A DNA stretch of 58,448 nucleotides from a virus (lineage: Duplodnaviria; Heunggongvirae; Uroviricota; Caudoviricetes): positions 1 to 58,448 of IMG/VR virus record IMGVR_UViG_3300037454_000478; one strand, given 5' to 3'. This document shows, piece by piece, positions 45,209-53,794 of the stretch (within the stretch, counting starts at the first letter, position 1; every line of letters begins with the position of its first letter). The translations under genes were made by a program, and so were the position numbers. The notes below the pieces were generated by a model. That model saw only the letters and a list, made by a program, of their open reading frames with translations. It did not search any database and was not told the DNA's origin.

Positions 45209-48200
45209 ATGAACGAACTTGAGAAATCACTACAACAATATAGAATACTGCATACTCCAACCCAGTTATCAGTATATCAATTTTGGGCCAACCAAACGTT
45301 TTCGCACGATAACCTGTTTGATTGTTCCGCGGAAGAGCGGGAACAGTTCCGCAGCCGTTTGGAAGAATCCACACTGACATTCTGTCCTAATATTAAAGCA
45401 AAGGACGGTAAAATTGGTACGTTACATACGCTTGTAACCATGTTGACGGATCCAAAACGTAAAGATGTGCCAAAAATTGAACGTAACGTCCTTTATACAT
45501 CCACGGATGGTTCCCGTCCTATTGGTTCGAAGGCATTTGACCAATGGGGTGGTCTACAGATCATTGATATGGATATTAAGGACAGGGTACTTGCGGAACA
45601 ACTCAAATCCGGTATATTCCACCGGCTCGTCAAATACAACTGGTTCCTTGGAGTGGCATTTTCGTCATCCGGAAAGGGTCTTCATGTATATACCAAAATC
45701 CGCGTGCCGGAAGATATTGAATCACAAACGAGAAAACTATTATATCTCGCTAATTTCCGCCATAAATATTCATTTGTATACCTTGCGTGTACAAAAATAA
45801 TTCCCGAATTGAGTAATCCGGATGGTACGGAAGTTACCAAAGACCAGTTGATGAAGTGGATGGACTTTGCCATGTTCAAACCACAACAGGGTGCATTCAT
45901 CGGATATGACCCGGAGCCGCTTATCAATACCCATTTCTTTGAAGACTTTATTTATGTGAACTTCGATAACGTGGAGGATATGGGACACCCGGACGTGGAC
46001 TGGGTGACCTACCCGGATCTCCGTGAAGCATTCAAGCGCTGGGAATGGTTTGAGGAGGATGACCAACCGGCAACCATTGAAGTCAAGGATGCCCCACTCC
46101 TCGCGGTGGATACCCATAATAAAGTCCACTATAAACACTTTGAGCGCTGGCGTCTTGCAAATACCTTGGTGTCACTATATGGATTGGAACAAGGTGCCAA
46201 ATATATGAGAATGATTTGTTCCAATGAGATTCCTACGAAGGAAATCCAAGCGGACTGTGTCACTGCCGGTCGTCATCAAAAACCTATCGATCCGTGGGCC
46301 GTCAATACCCTTAATAAAACACACGGATTCAATATCAAGGTTAATGTTGACCAACAGGAGAAGGACTTGTCCGTATTGGATAGTCGGTTGGAAGGTATTA
46401 CTAATCCGACACTTATCAAGGAATCACCGAATACCATCACGTTCCATATCAAGAAAAATGAATATCTCGGCACCATCAAACACGAAATCCTCCGGAATAT
46501 GGGGATGATCACACTTATTGATGCCGGTGCCGGTGTCGGAAAAACGGAAATGGTGAAATCCCTGGTAAATGCCGATGGTAAAAGAGTGATGCTTGTGATG
46601 CCATTTACATCCACCATAAAATCCAAGGTGGAAGGTGATGAAAAATGGGATTACTCATACGGAAACAAAAAGATTAACCTTGACAGCAAGCCGGGTATTG
46701 CACTTACCATTGATAAGTTCTCCCGTCTTAACCTGATGGATTTGAAGGAGTCCGGGTTCGATTATATATTTATTGACGAATCCCACTTAATGTTCCAGTC
46801 GGAATACCGTCCGGTTATGGCCAAGGTGATTGAAATGATCCGTAATACGGAAGTTCCGATCATTCTTATGTCCGGCACTCCGGTCGGAGAAACCGTATTT
46901 TTTGACGATATCGTCCACATCAAGGTTATCAAGGAGGATGTTCGTCAAAAGGAATTCAAAGTATTCCTTACCGATAAACCCATTGATAACTTGTGTCATA
47001 TGTGTGATATGATGGCACATGATGTATCCGAGGGGCGTAGGGTGCTTTTCCCCACCAACAAGGGAAGTATTTTCAAGGCACAGATCGAGGCCCTCGTGGG
47101 GTATTTCTTGAAGAACAAATATCATATTGACGAACCTCCGGTTGTGAATTACTATAAAAAGTCAAATATCGGTGAGGACTTTATGGATGATGTTAACGTT
47201 CGCAAAACAGTGGCCAAAACAAATATCCTTCTCTGCTCCACATACCTTTCCGTGGGTGTGGATATCCTTGATCAGTTCGAGTTCAATGTATACTTTAACA
47301 ATCTATGGATGCCACAGGAGATTGAACAATTTGCCAACCGCCTCCGTAGCCATGATTTGTTCATCCGTATTTTCATCAACCGCAGAAATGCCGTAGGTGA
47401 TTCACTGGACATTATTAATTATAAGCCTTGCAACTTTAAGCTGGATGAGGATGAAATCAAGAATGTTCACTCCATCATACGTTCATGTAACGCCATGATC
47501 GAACGTAACCCAATCGAATATCGTTATAATAGCCTTGTTGCAAGTATTATCCGTGACAATAAATTCGTGGAATACAATGAGATAGAGAATAAATACTATC
47601 TTAATGAGATAGCATATAAGACCATCATGTTTGAACGTAAGTACCGTGAATACGTCCAGCAGCTTCCGGTGTTGGCCAAAGGTATGATGGGTTATGGTTA
47701 TAAATACGATAGTGTTGATCTTGGGGTATATAAAGGTATCATCTCCGAGGATTTCATAGTATCCGATGATATAAACAACCTCATTACCTCCGTAAAGGCT
47801 TCCGAGCAGGCCAAGTCGGCACATCTCGTTGATGAGTTGCTTGAATGGATTTCATCCGATAAATTGGAAGGTGTATGTAAGGATGTGATGAAGGGTCTCT
47901 ATGATATCCGTAAGGGTGATGAATGGAAGGAGGATACTTTGGCCAAGAAGTTGATAGTAAAGAATATCGAGGTATTTGAAAAGGTGATACCATTGGTTAC
48001 TTCCATGGGCCGATACTTTGACCTTGATGATATCAAATCAATATTCACATACTGTCAAAACAGCAACGGTACATACAGTTTTTCCGCCATCAAGCGGGTA
48101 AAACTATTCATGAATATGTACTTCAATGCCAAGCTTAACCGTCTTGACCTACCTATCAAGGAGTTCATGGATGATACTTATAAATTGGTGCAAATGTATC

Positions 48201-48586
48201 AGGAAACCAATGGTGGTGATTGTCCGGTTGCGGAGTTCCGTCAATTTATCGCCGATAAAACCCTCGAGTATGCCCGCCGGGATTCCACGGATACGATCAT
48301 CATAGAGTATTCACCTCTCACCATGGAATCGTACACACAAACCCTGGATGATATTTTCAAGTGCTTGGTTCATGTAAGCCGTCCACGCGGCCCACGTAAC
48401 GCCAGGGTGGTACACCTCGAACCATACGAGATGATGTGGAAGGACAAACATGAGAAATATACCTCGTTCATGGAACAGGTTGAATACCTTTCGGAGTTCC
48501 TTGATAAAATGCATGTTGATGAGTCCCGTATAACGTACGAGGACATTGATGATGGGGCTGTTCAAAGATCCATTCCAAACACCTAA
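45209..48586 (+). CDS. primase-polymerase (BT4734/VirE-N-like AEP) fused to an SF2 helicase
   Basis: QIIDMD and SSSGKGLHVY (AEP-like); DAGAGVGKT, IFIDESH, MSGTP, STYLSVGVD, QFANRLR (SF2). Confidence 0.8.
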   Translation: MNELEKSLQQYRILHTPTQLSVYQFWANQTFSHDNLFDCSAEEREQFRSRLEESTLTFCPNIKAKDGKIGTLHTLVTMLTDPKRKDVPKIERNVLYTSTDGSRPIGSKAFDQWGGLQIIDMDIKDRVLAEQLKSGIFHRLVKYNWFLGVAFSSSGKGLHVYTKIRVPEDIESQTRKLLYLANFRHKYSFVYLACTKIIPELSNPDGTEVTKDQLMKWMDFAMFKPQQGAFIGYDPEPLINTHFFEDFIYVNFDNVEDMGHPDVDWVTYPDLREAFKRWEWFEEDDQPATIEVKDAPLLAVDTHNKVHYKHFERWRLANTLVSLYGLEQGAKYMRMICSNEIPTKEIQADCVTAGRHQKPIDPWAVNTLNKTHGFNIKVNVDQQEKDLSVLDSRLEGITNPTLIKESPNTITFHIKKNEYLGTIKHEILRNMGMITLIDAGAGVGKTEMVKSLVNADGKRVMLVMPFTSTIKSKVEGDEKWDYSYGNKKINLDSKPGIALTIDKFSRLNLMDLKESGFDYIFIDESHLMFQSEYRPVMAKVIEMIRNTEVPIILMSGTPVGETVFFDDIVHIKVIKEDVRQKEFKVFLTDKPIDNLCHMCDMMAHDVSEGRRVLFPTNKGSIFKAQIEALVGYFLKNKYHIDEPPVVNYYKKSNIGEDFMDDVNVRKTVAKTNILLCSTYLSVGVDILDQFEFNVYFNNLWMPQEIEQFANRLRSHDLFIRIFINRRNAVGDSLDIINYKPCNFKLDEDEIKNVHSIIRSCNAMIERNPIEYRYNSLVASIIRDNKFVEYNEIENKYYLNEIAYKTIMFERKYREYVQQLPVLAKGMMGYGYKYDSVDLGVYKGIISEDFIVSDDINNLITSVKASEQAKSAHLVDELLEWISSDKLEGVCKDVMKGLYDIRKGDEWKEDTLAKKLIVKNIEVFEKVIPLVTSMGRYFDLDDIKSIFTYCQNSNGTYSFSAIKRVKLFMNMYFNAKLNRLDLPIKEFMDDTYKLVQMYQETNGGDCPVAEFRQFIADKTLEYARRDSTDTIIIEYSPLTMESYTQTLDDIFKCLVHVSRPRGPRNARVVHLEPYEMMWKDKHEKYTSFMEQVEYLSEFLDKMHVDESRITYEDIDDGAVQRSIPNT

Positions 48587-48632
48587 AAACCAACGGATAT
48601 AGGGTTATTTTTGACTAAATAATCCTATATCC

Positions 48633-48953
48633 ATGGGCTATGTATATCTCATATGTGATCCTGCAACAGACCGGTTCAAAATCGGAGTCACTCGAGACCT
48701 CAAAAGTAACCGCGTGAAGAAATTGCAGACCGGCAATTCCACGGAGTTGTTTATCATGGATATATACGAAACGGAATGGCCCTTCCGGCTGGAAACTTTG
48801 TTGCATAAACACTTTATCAACAAACGCGTTCTTAATGAATGGTTTGCCCTGGATGTCAATGATGTGGTTGGGTTCCGTAAGATATGTGAACAGCTTGAAA
48901 ACAACATTCAAATACTAAAGGATAATCCGTTTTTTGGGAAGGATCTAAAATAA
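48633..48953 (+). CDS. GIY-YIG superfamily (MUG113/T5orf172-like) protein
   Basis: GYVYLI..FKIGVT..RVKKLQTGN..E..LHKHF..NEWF. Confidence 0.85.
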   Translation: MGYVYLICDPATDRFKIGVTRDLKSNRVKKLQTGNSTELFIMDIYETEWPFRLETLLHKHFINKRVLNEWFALDVNDVVGFRKICEQLENNIQILKDNPFFGKDLK

Positions 48954-49070
48954 GTGAATGAAAAAAATTTAATTTTTTAACCACATTCATGTAAAAATCA
49001 TTTTTTTGGTGCTATATTATCCCGAAGTTTCGAAGGGAAGAAACCCCTTATAAAGAAACTTAACTTTTAC

Positions 49071-50060
49071 ATGAATTGGACAGGAACCTTTGAAAATGAA
49101 GAGAATATATCAATTCAAGGTACAGAACAAACAAACACACAACGTTATTTTAAGGACGTTGGGAAGGCGTATAAACGCAACAATAATGATTATGAGATAG
49201 AATACACGCCGGAGAATCGTGAAAAGCTCATCGAGATGAACCTTAAATGTGTCATCAAGGTGGCTAAACGATACCTCGGTCAAGGTCTTACCCTGGACGA
49301 AATTGTTTGTGCCGGTAATGAGGGTCTATGCAAGGCATGGGAGAAATTCAATCCCGATAGTTCAAAATTCCGTGCGGATTTATTGAAAGAAATTGACGAA
49401 TTTCCCGGCGATGTGCCGATTCTTTGGATTCAGGATAGAATTGCACCGGCATGCGAATATGGTACACCGTTGGCCAAATACAACAAATCATTTGCCGGGC
49501 CCAAGGCCAAAAAGGCATATAATAAGGAATGGCTGAAAAATTGGGTGGATAAAACGATTAAGAACGCCTCATTCAATTCGGTGGCCATGCTTTGGGTGAA
49601 TGCATATATCCGTCAGGAACTTACCAATAACTCACGGCTTATCCGTAAGCCGGTATCCCTTATTAAAAAGGAAAAGACCGGTGAAAGTGAAAAGGAGGTT
49701 ATTCTTGATATTACCCGTCCAATTTCCGAAGATGGCAACAATACGTTTGTCGATACCTTATATATCCCGGACGACAGTGATACGGATATGGAGATTGAGG
49801 ATCAATACGAATACCTCCACGAAATCATCAAAAAACTTTTTGTTGGCGTAAAACTTCGTGACAGACGTATTGTCATGAAGCGTTTTGGTATTGGGTATCT
49901 TCGACCGCTTCAACCAAAGGAGATCGCCGACATGGAACATATCTCGGTGGCCAGGGTATCCCAAATCATCAACATTGCCATGGAGAAGATGCGTGAAAAT
50001 GCGGAGGCTCTTGGAATCAATAAAAATGAACTATACCGTATGTTTGAGCCGGAAGATTAA
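49071..50060 (+). CDS. phage-encoded sigma70-family factor
   Basis: Region 2 NLKCVIKVAKRYLGQGLTLDEIVCAGNEGLCKAWEKFNP and FNSVAMLWVNAYIRQEL; region 4 RDRRIVMKRFG..EIADMEHISVARVSQI. Confidence 0.85.
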   Translation: MNWTGTFENEENISIQGTEQTNTQRYFKDVGKAYKRNNNDYEIEYTPENREKLIEMNLKCVIKVAKRYLGQGLTLDEIVCAGNEGLCKAWEKFNPDSSKFRADLLKEIDEFPGDVPILWIQDRIAPACEYGTPLAKYNKSFAGPKAKKAYNKEWLKNWVDKTIKNASFNSVAMLWVNAYIRQELTNNSRLIRKPVSLIKKEKTGESEKEVILDITRPISEDGNNTFVDTLYIPDDSDTDMEIEDQYEYLHEIIKKLFVGVKLRDRRIVMKRFGIGYLRPLQPKEIADMEHISVARVSQIINIAMEKMRENAEALGINKNELYRMFEPED

Positions 50061-50076
50061 ACCGGCTGTTTGTTTT
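50047..50076 (+). terminator. intrinsic terminator overlapping the sigma stop codon
   Basis: AGCCGG-AAGATTAA-CCGGCT followed by GTTTGTTTTT. Confidence 0.55.
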
Positions 50077-50105
50077 TAGATATTCCATAAAGAACATCAA
50101 TATCC

Positions 50106-51221
50106 ATGATTAAACAACAAGGAAATAATGTTATAGTTACGCCATCAGGTCATACACTGAATACCTTGATTGACTATAATAAGTTCAGGCCCACACTTAT
50201 CTCTCATGAAGTACCACAAAGCATGTTGGAAATGAGCCGTGCATTTAACGACTACGACTATGCGTTAGTACATTTGTTCATGGGTAATCCCCAGTATTTC
50301 AATTTCTACAAGGAGTCAGTCAAAATGGGACGTAGAGTTATCCTTGATAATTCCCTATACGAACTCGGTGAAGCCTTCGATATGAAGGAATATGCGGAAT
50401 GGATCGAAAGACTTAAACCAACATATTATATCATTCCGGATACATTTTGGGATTCCCAAGCCACCATTAATCAGGCAATGGAATGGATGGTTAAATACGG
50501 GAATGATATCGATCCAAAGATCCGTAGAATTGGCGTGGCCCAGGGTTCCACATATAACGAGATTAAAACCACCTACAAGTTCCTTGCTGCCATATGTGAC
50601 TGTATTGCATTTACATTCAAGTTCTCACCAAAGATGCTTGAGGATCCGGATCTCAAGCTGGATGAATTTCTCGATACCTTGGTTGTTAGATATCCGGGTA
50701 TTCAGATTTCCGGCCCGGATCTTACCGTGGAAGATAAGCAAGCTGCATGTAGATACCTCGTTCTCAAGAAATTAGAAGAAGATGGTGTTATTGATTACCG
50801 CAAGGAGCATCACCTTCTCGGTCTTCAAAACACAACCCTTCTTTACGAGGCATGTTTGTTCCCGTGGGTGACATCCATCGATACGAGTAATCCGGTCATT
50901 AACGGATTCGAAGGTAATGCATATTACTTCAATGAAACCATCATGGGATACGATACCAATAAATGCTTTGAACATGCGTTCATCGGAAATTCCGGCCACC
51001 CAAAACCGGAAACTCAGCTCAAGGATGTGTTTTACAAGACCCCGTATGATTCGGATTGGCAATACGTGATTGACGACATCCTGTATAACATAAGATCCTT
51101 CCGGGAAGTGGTTAATCCTTCGCATTTAACTGCTATATTTAATGGACATCGGTGTATGAACGAAAAATATATCGCTCCACACATACTCGCGTTTATGAAT
51201 GAAAATAACAAACAGGAATAA
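50106..51221 (+). CDS. TGT/DpdA-like TIM-barrel transglycosylase
   Basis: VILDNSLYELG, IIPD, GVAQG, HHLLG, SIDTSNP pattern resembles tRNA-guanine transglycosylase-family barrels. Confidence 0.6.
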   Translation: MIKQQGNNVIVTPSGHTLNTLIDYNKFRPTLISHEVPQSMLEMSRAFNDYDYALVHLFMGNPQYFNFYKESVKMGRRVILDNSLYELGEAFDMKEYAEWIERLKPTYYIIPDTFWDSQATINQAMEWMVKYGNDIDPKIRRIGVAQGSTYNEIKTTYKFLAAICDCIAFTFKFSPKMLEDPDLKLDEFLDTLVVRYPGIQISGPDLTVEDKQAACRYLVLKKLEEDGVIDYRKEHHLLGLQNTTLLYEACLFPWVTSIDTSNPVINGFEGNAYYFNETIMGYDTNKCFEHAFIGNSGHPKPETQLKDVFYKTPYDSDWQYVIDDILYNIRSFREVVNPSHLTAIFNGHRCMNEKYIAPHILAFMNENNKQE

Positions 51222-51949
51222 TGGATAGCAAAGAATCTCTCGAAAACAAAAAGTTGCTTGAAAACCTATACAAGGAATGTGCAGCTTTTTTAGGCCCAAT
51301 ATTGGATAATGAGGAGGCCAAATACGACCGTATCGTATTCATTGGTTCACACGGAACCGGAAAATCAACCTTGGCTAATGAGTTGTCTCGTATACTCGAT
51401 ATGCCGGTGGTGGAAAGTGTTGCCCGCGAGGCTGCAAAGAACTTTACACTTCTTGAGGATGCCGGTGTTATTGAAATCAATAACATTCCGGAATCCGTCC
51501 GTAAGAATGCATATCAAAAGGTCATTTGTTCCATGGCACATTGGGACTTTATGCGCTGGGTTGGCGCAGATGTACCATGCATTATGACTCGCTGCCCCTT
51601 GGATACAATCGCATACGCCATGGCGGATAAGGATATCGCCGGTGATACGACTTCGGAATGCCTACGCAATTTGCAGGATGATGATGAGTTCCTGCTCGCA
51701 CTTGAACGCAGTCTTTTCGTATATCTTCCGATTGAGTTTGGTATCGAGAATGATGGTGTCCGCCCAACGGATACGGATTACCAAAAACAAGTGGATGAGG
51801 CGATGCGTAAGTTGATATATGTGTTTGGTATTGCCCCGATTGTGGTTTCCGGCACGGTCGATGAACGATTGAAGTCGATACTCAAATTCATATTCGATGA
51901 AGACACCGCGAATGTGATTATGAACAACTACAGAAACGAACGAGTTTGA
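51221..51949 (+). CDS. P-loop kinase (AAA_28/NadR-type nucleotide kinase)
   Basis: FIGSHGTGKSTL, TRCPLDTIAY, ENDGVR. Confidence 0.78.
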   Translation: MDSKESLENKKLLENLYKECAAFLGPILDNEEAKYDRIVFIGSHGTGKSTLANELSRILDMPVVESVAREAAKNFTLLEDAGVIEINNIPESVRKNAYQKVICSMAHWDFMRWVGADVPCIMTRCPLDTIAYAMADKDIAGDTTSECLRNLQDDDEFLLALERSLFVYLPIEFGIENDGVRPTDTDYQKQVDEAMRKLIYVFGIAPIVVSGTVDERLKSILKFIFDEDTANVIMNNYRNERV

Positions 51950-51970
51950 TCCTCACAACACATCAAGTAT

Positions 51971-51997
51971 AAGGCACCTCCGGGTGCCTTTATTATT
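51971..51997 (+). terminator. intrinsic terminator
   Basis: AAGGCACC-TCCG-GGTGCCTT followed by TATTATT. Confidence 0.7.
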
Positions 51998-52025
51998 TAA
52001 TTACAAAAACATTTAGCGTTGAACC

Positions 52026-52637
52026 ATGGAAAAGGTAAACATTATTATAGGTCGTTTTCAGCCGTTCACACTTGGTCATCTCAAGTGTACCCAAGAAGCC
52101 CAAAAGAAACTTGGTGTAAAATCAGTACTGTTGGTCATCAATACGGTTAAGCAGGATGGTCGTCATCCATTCCTTACCAAGCAGATCGAAAAGATCCTTG
52201 ACAAAATGTGTAAGGAGGAACCATCCATTACCGGATATGTATTGGTCAAGAATGCCGATATTGTGAAGAATACCGAGATCCTCCGGGATGCCGGTTATGA
52301 GCCAATCGCATGGACATGTGGTACTGATAGGTTTGAACCCTATAATACCATGGTTAAAAAATATGGAAAGGATATCGGTCTTGACCCGGACTTCGAAATG
52401 ATTGAGGTTAAACGTGGTGATGAGGATATCTCTGCAACCGCCGTCCGTAAGGCCCTCCGTGATAATGATGAGGCGACTTATGTTGGATTGGTTCCGGACT
52501 CATGGAAGAAACAATTTGCATTCCTCCGTGATATCATCATGGATGTTAAGGAGGATGATGCTGGTAACTGTAACCGTTACGGCACGCAAGGGGCTCGTCC
52601 TATGAAATCACTCTACGAATATCTCATGATGAAATAA
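52026..52637 (+). CDS. (H/T)xGH nucleotidyltransferase (cytidylyltransferase/NMNAT-like) with C-terminal CTS-like peptide
   Basis: IIGRFQPFTLGH, CGTDR, ISATAVRKAL; ends MKSLYEYLMMK. Confidence 0.8.
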   Translation: MEKVNIIIGRFQPFTLGHLKCTQEAQKKLGVKSVLLVINTVKQDGRHPFLTKQIEKILDKMCKEEPSITGYVLVKNADIVKNTEILRDAGYEPIAWTCGTDRFEPYNTMVKKYGKDIGLDPDFEMIEVKRGDEDISATAVRKALRDNDEATYVGLVPDSWKKQFAFLRDIIMDVKEDDAGNCNRYGTQGARPMKSLYEYLMMK

Positions 52638-52651
52638 CGCACAAAACTCGC

Positions 52652-52725
52652 ATATAAAAGGAGATCTCCCGTGACCTTTGTAACTTATAAGGGCATGAGA
52701 GATCTCCTTTTATATCGCAAATATG
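52652..52725. repeat. palindromic intergenic element, copy C
   Basis: Perfect 17 bp inverted repeat ATATAAAAGGAGATCTC / GAGATCTCCTTTTATAT; tail TTTATATCGCAAATATG; between convergent genes. Confidence 0.75.
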
Positions 52726-52732
52726 ATAGGGT

Positions 52733-53794
52733 TTAGCTGATTTTTTGCTCGCCCGGGAGCCGGTCGCCTCCGTTGGGTACCTTATAGAATGGATAATATT
52801 GGTTTCCTTCAATTGGTCTCGTTATTCTTGGCTTGGTTAACATGGACGCAACCTGTACCAATTTATCCACTACCAAATCAAGGTCTCTTCCATTTGTCAG
52901 CATCTCCGGTGTTGCATCGGTGCCAAACACCCAGTGAATACATGGAAGGTGATCAAAAATCCAATGTCGATTCTCATAGAGCATATCAAGCAATGTCCAT
53001 GAAATCTCCACAAGAATATTATTTGGGAGTTTGGATATTTTGATAAGCCAATCCCGTATATCGTCACCTTTTTCATATCCTCCATGGCATAACATGATAT
53101 TTGCATGTGGATTTTTCCTTGCCCATCCAACAAGATCATTATATGCAGCATCATCACCAATCCAATAGTGGATCTGTACTATTGGGTGCAACTCGTGTTT
53201 TTCGGAAAACTCAATGAGTTCCGGGATAGGGTCTAAAGGTGTTTTACCGGCATATAGGGAAAGTTCATCCTCGTATGCCTTACGTTTTGGATTGTAATAG
53301 ATAATCTCACCAAATCCACACCACGGAAAATAACTGTTATTAAACATATCCGCGGCGGTCATAACGGCAAGTTCCTTGAAATTATGAGGTTCGAATGCGA
53401 ATGGTTTATTGGCATTCTCATATGTTTTTGTCATAAAATCCACATCATACCCGGCAAGGAATGGATATATATGTGGAACACCCGGAAGCAATTGTCCGCC
53501 GTATGGAAGATTGCGGCTAAACTGTTGTCCGAGTTGATCAATCACGTGGATAGTAATATCATATATGCCGAGTTTTGATGGCCAAAAAGCCTGTGGCACA
53601 AGTGTTTCCCTGCAATCCGCATGGACACAATATCCATTGAACCGGGCCGTATAGAGCAGATTATTCAATGGAAGAAAATGTCCACGGGAAAATAACATAA
53701 CATTATAGTCCACGTAGTATGGAAGGATGTTATTCGTAATCCCCGTGCGTTGGGGAGCCGGTGTGACATTATATATAGTGTTTGTGTAATCCAT
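52733..53794 (-). CDS. amidohydrolase-superfamily (TIM barrel) protein
   Basis: GFGEI, PIVQIH, IMLCHGG, VEISW, VFGTD; no clear N-terminal HxH. Confidence 0.6.
   Translation of the reverse strand: MDYTNTIYNVTPAPQRTGITNNILPYYVDYNVMLFSRGHFLPLNNLLYTARFNGYCVHADCRETLVPQAFWPSKLGIYDITIHVIDQLGQQFSRNLPYGGQLLPGVPHIYPFLAGYDVDFMTKTYENANKPFAFEPHNFKELAVMTAADMFNNSYFPWCGFGEIIYYNPKRKAYEDELSLYAGKTPLDPIPELIEFSEKHELHPIVQIHYWIGDDAAYNDLVGWARKNPHANIMLCHGGYEKGDDIRDWLIKISKLPNNILVEISWTLLDMLYENRHWIFDHLPCIHWVFGTDATPEMLTNGRDLDLVVDKLVQVASMLTKPRITRPIEGNQYYPFYKVPNGGDRLPGEQKIS

Noticed and set aside
48633-48953. Mobile homing endonuclease
   Set aside because: Only 106 aa, MUG113-type with no DNA-binding extension or intron context; treated as an ordinary phage GIY-YIG protein.
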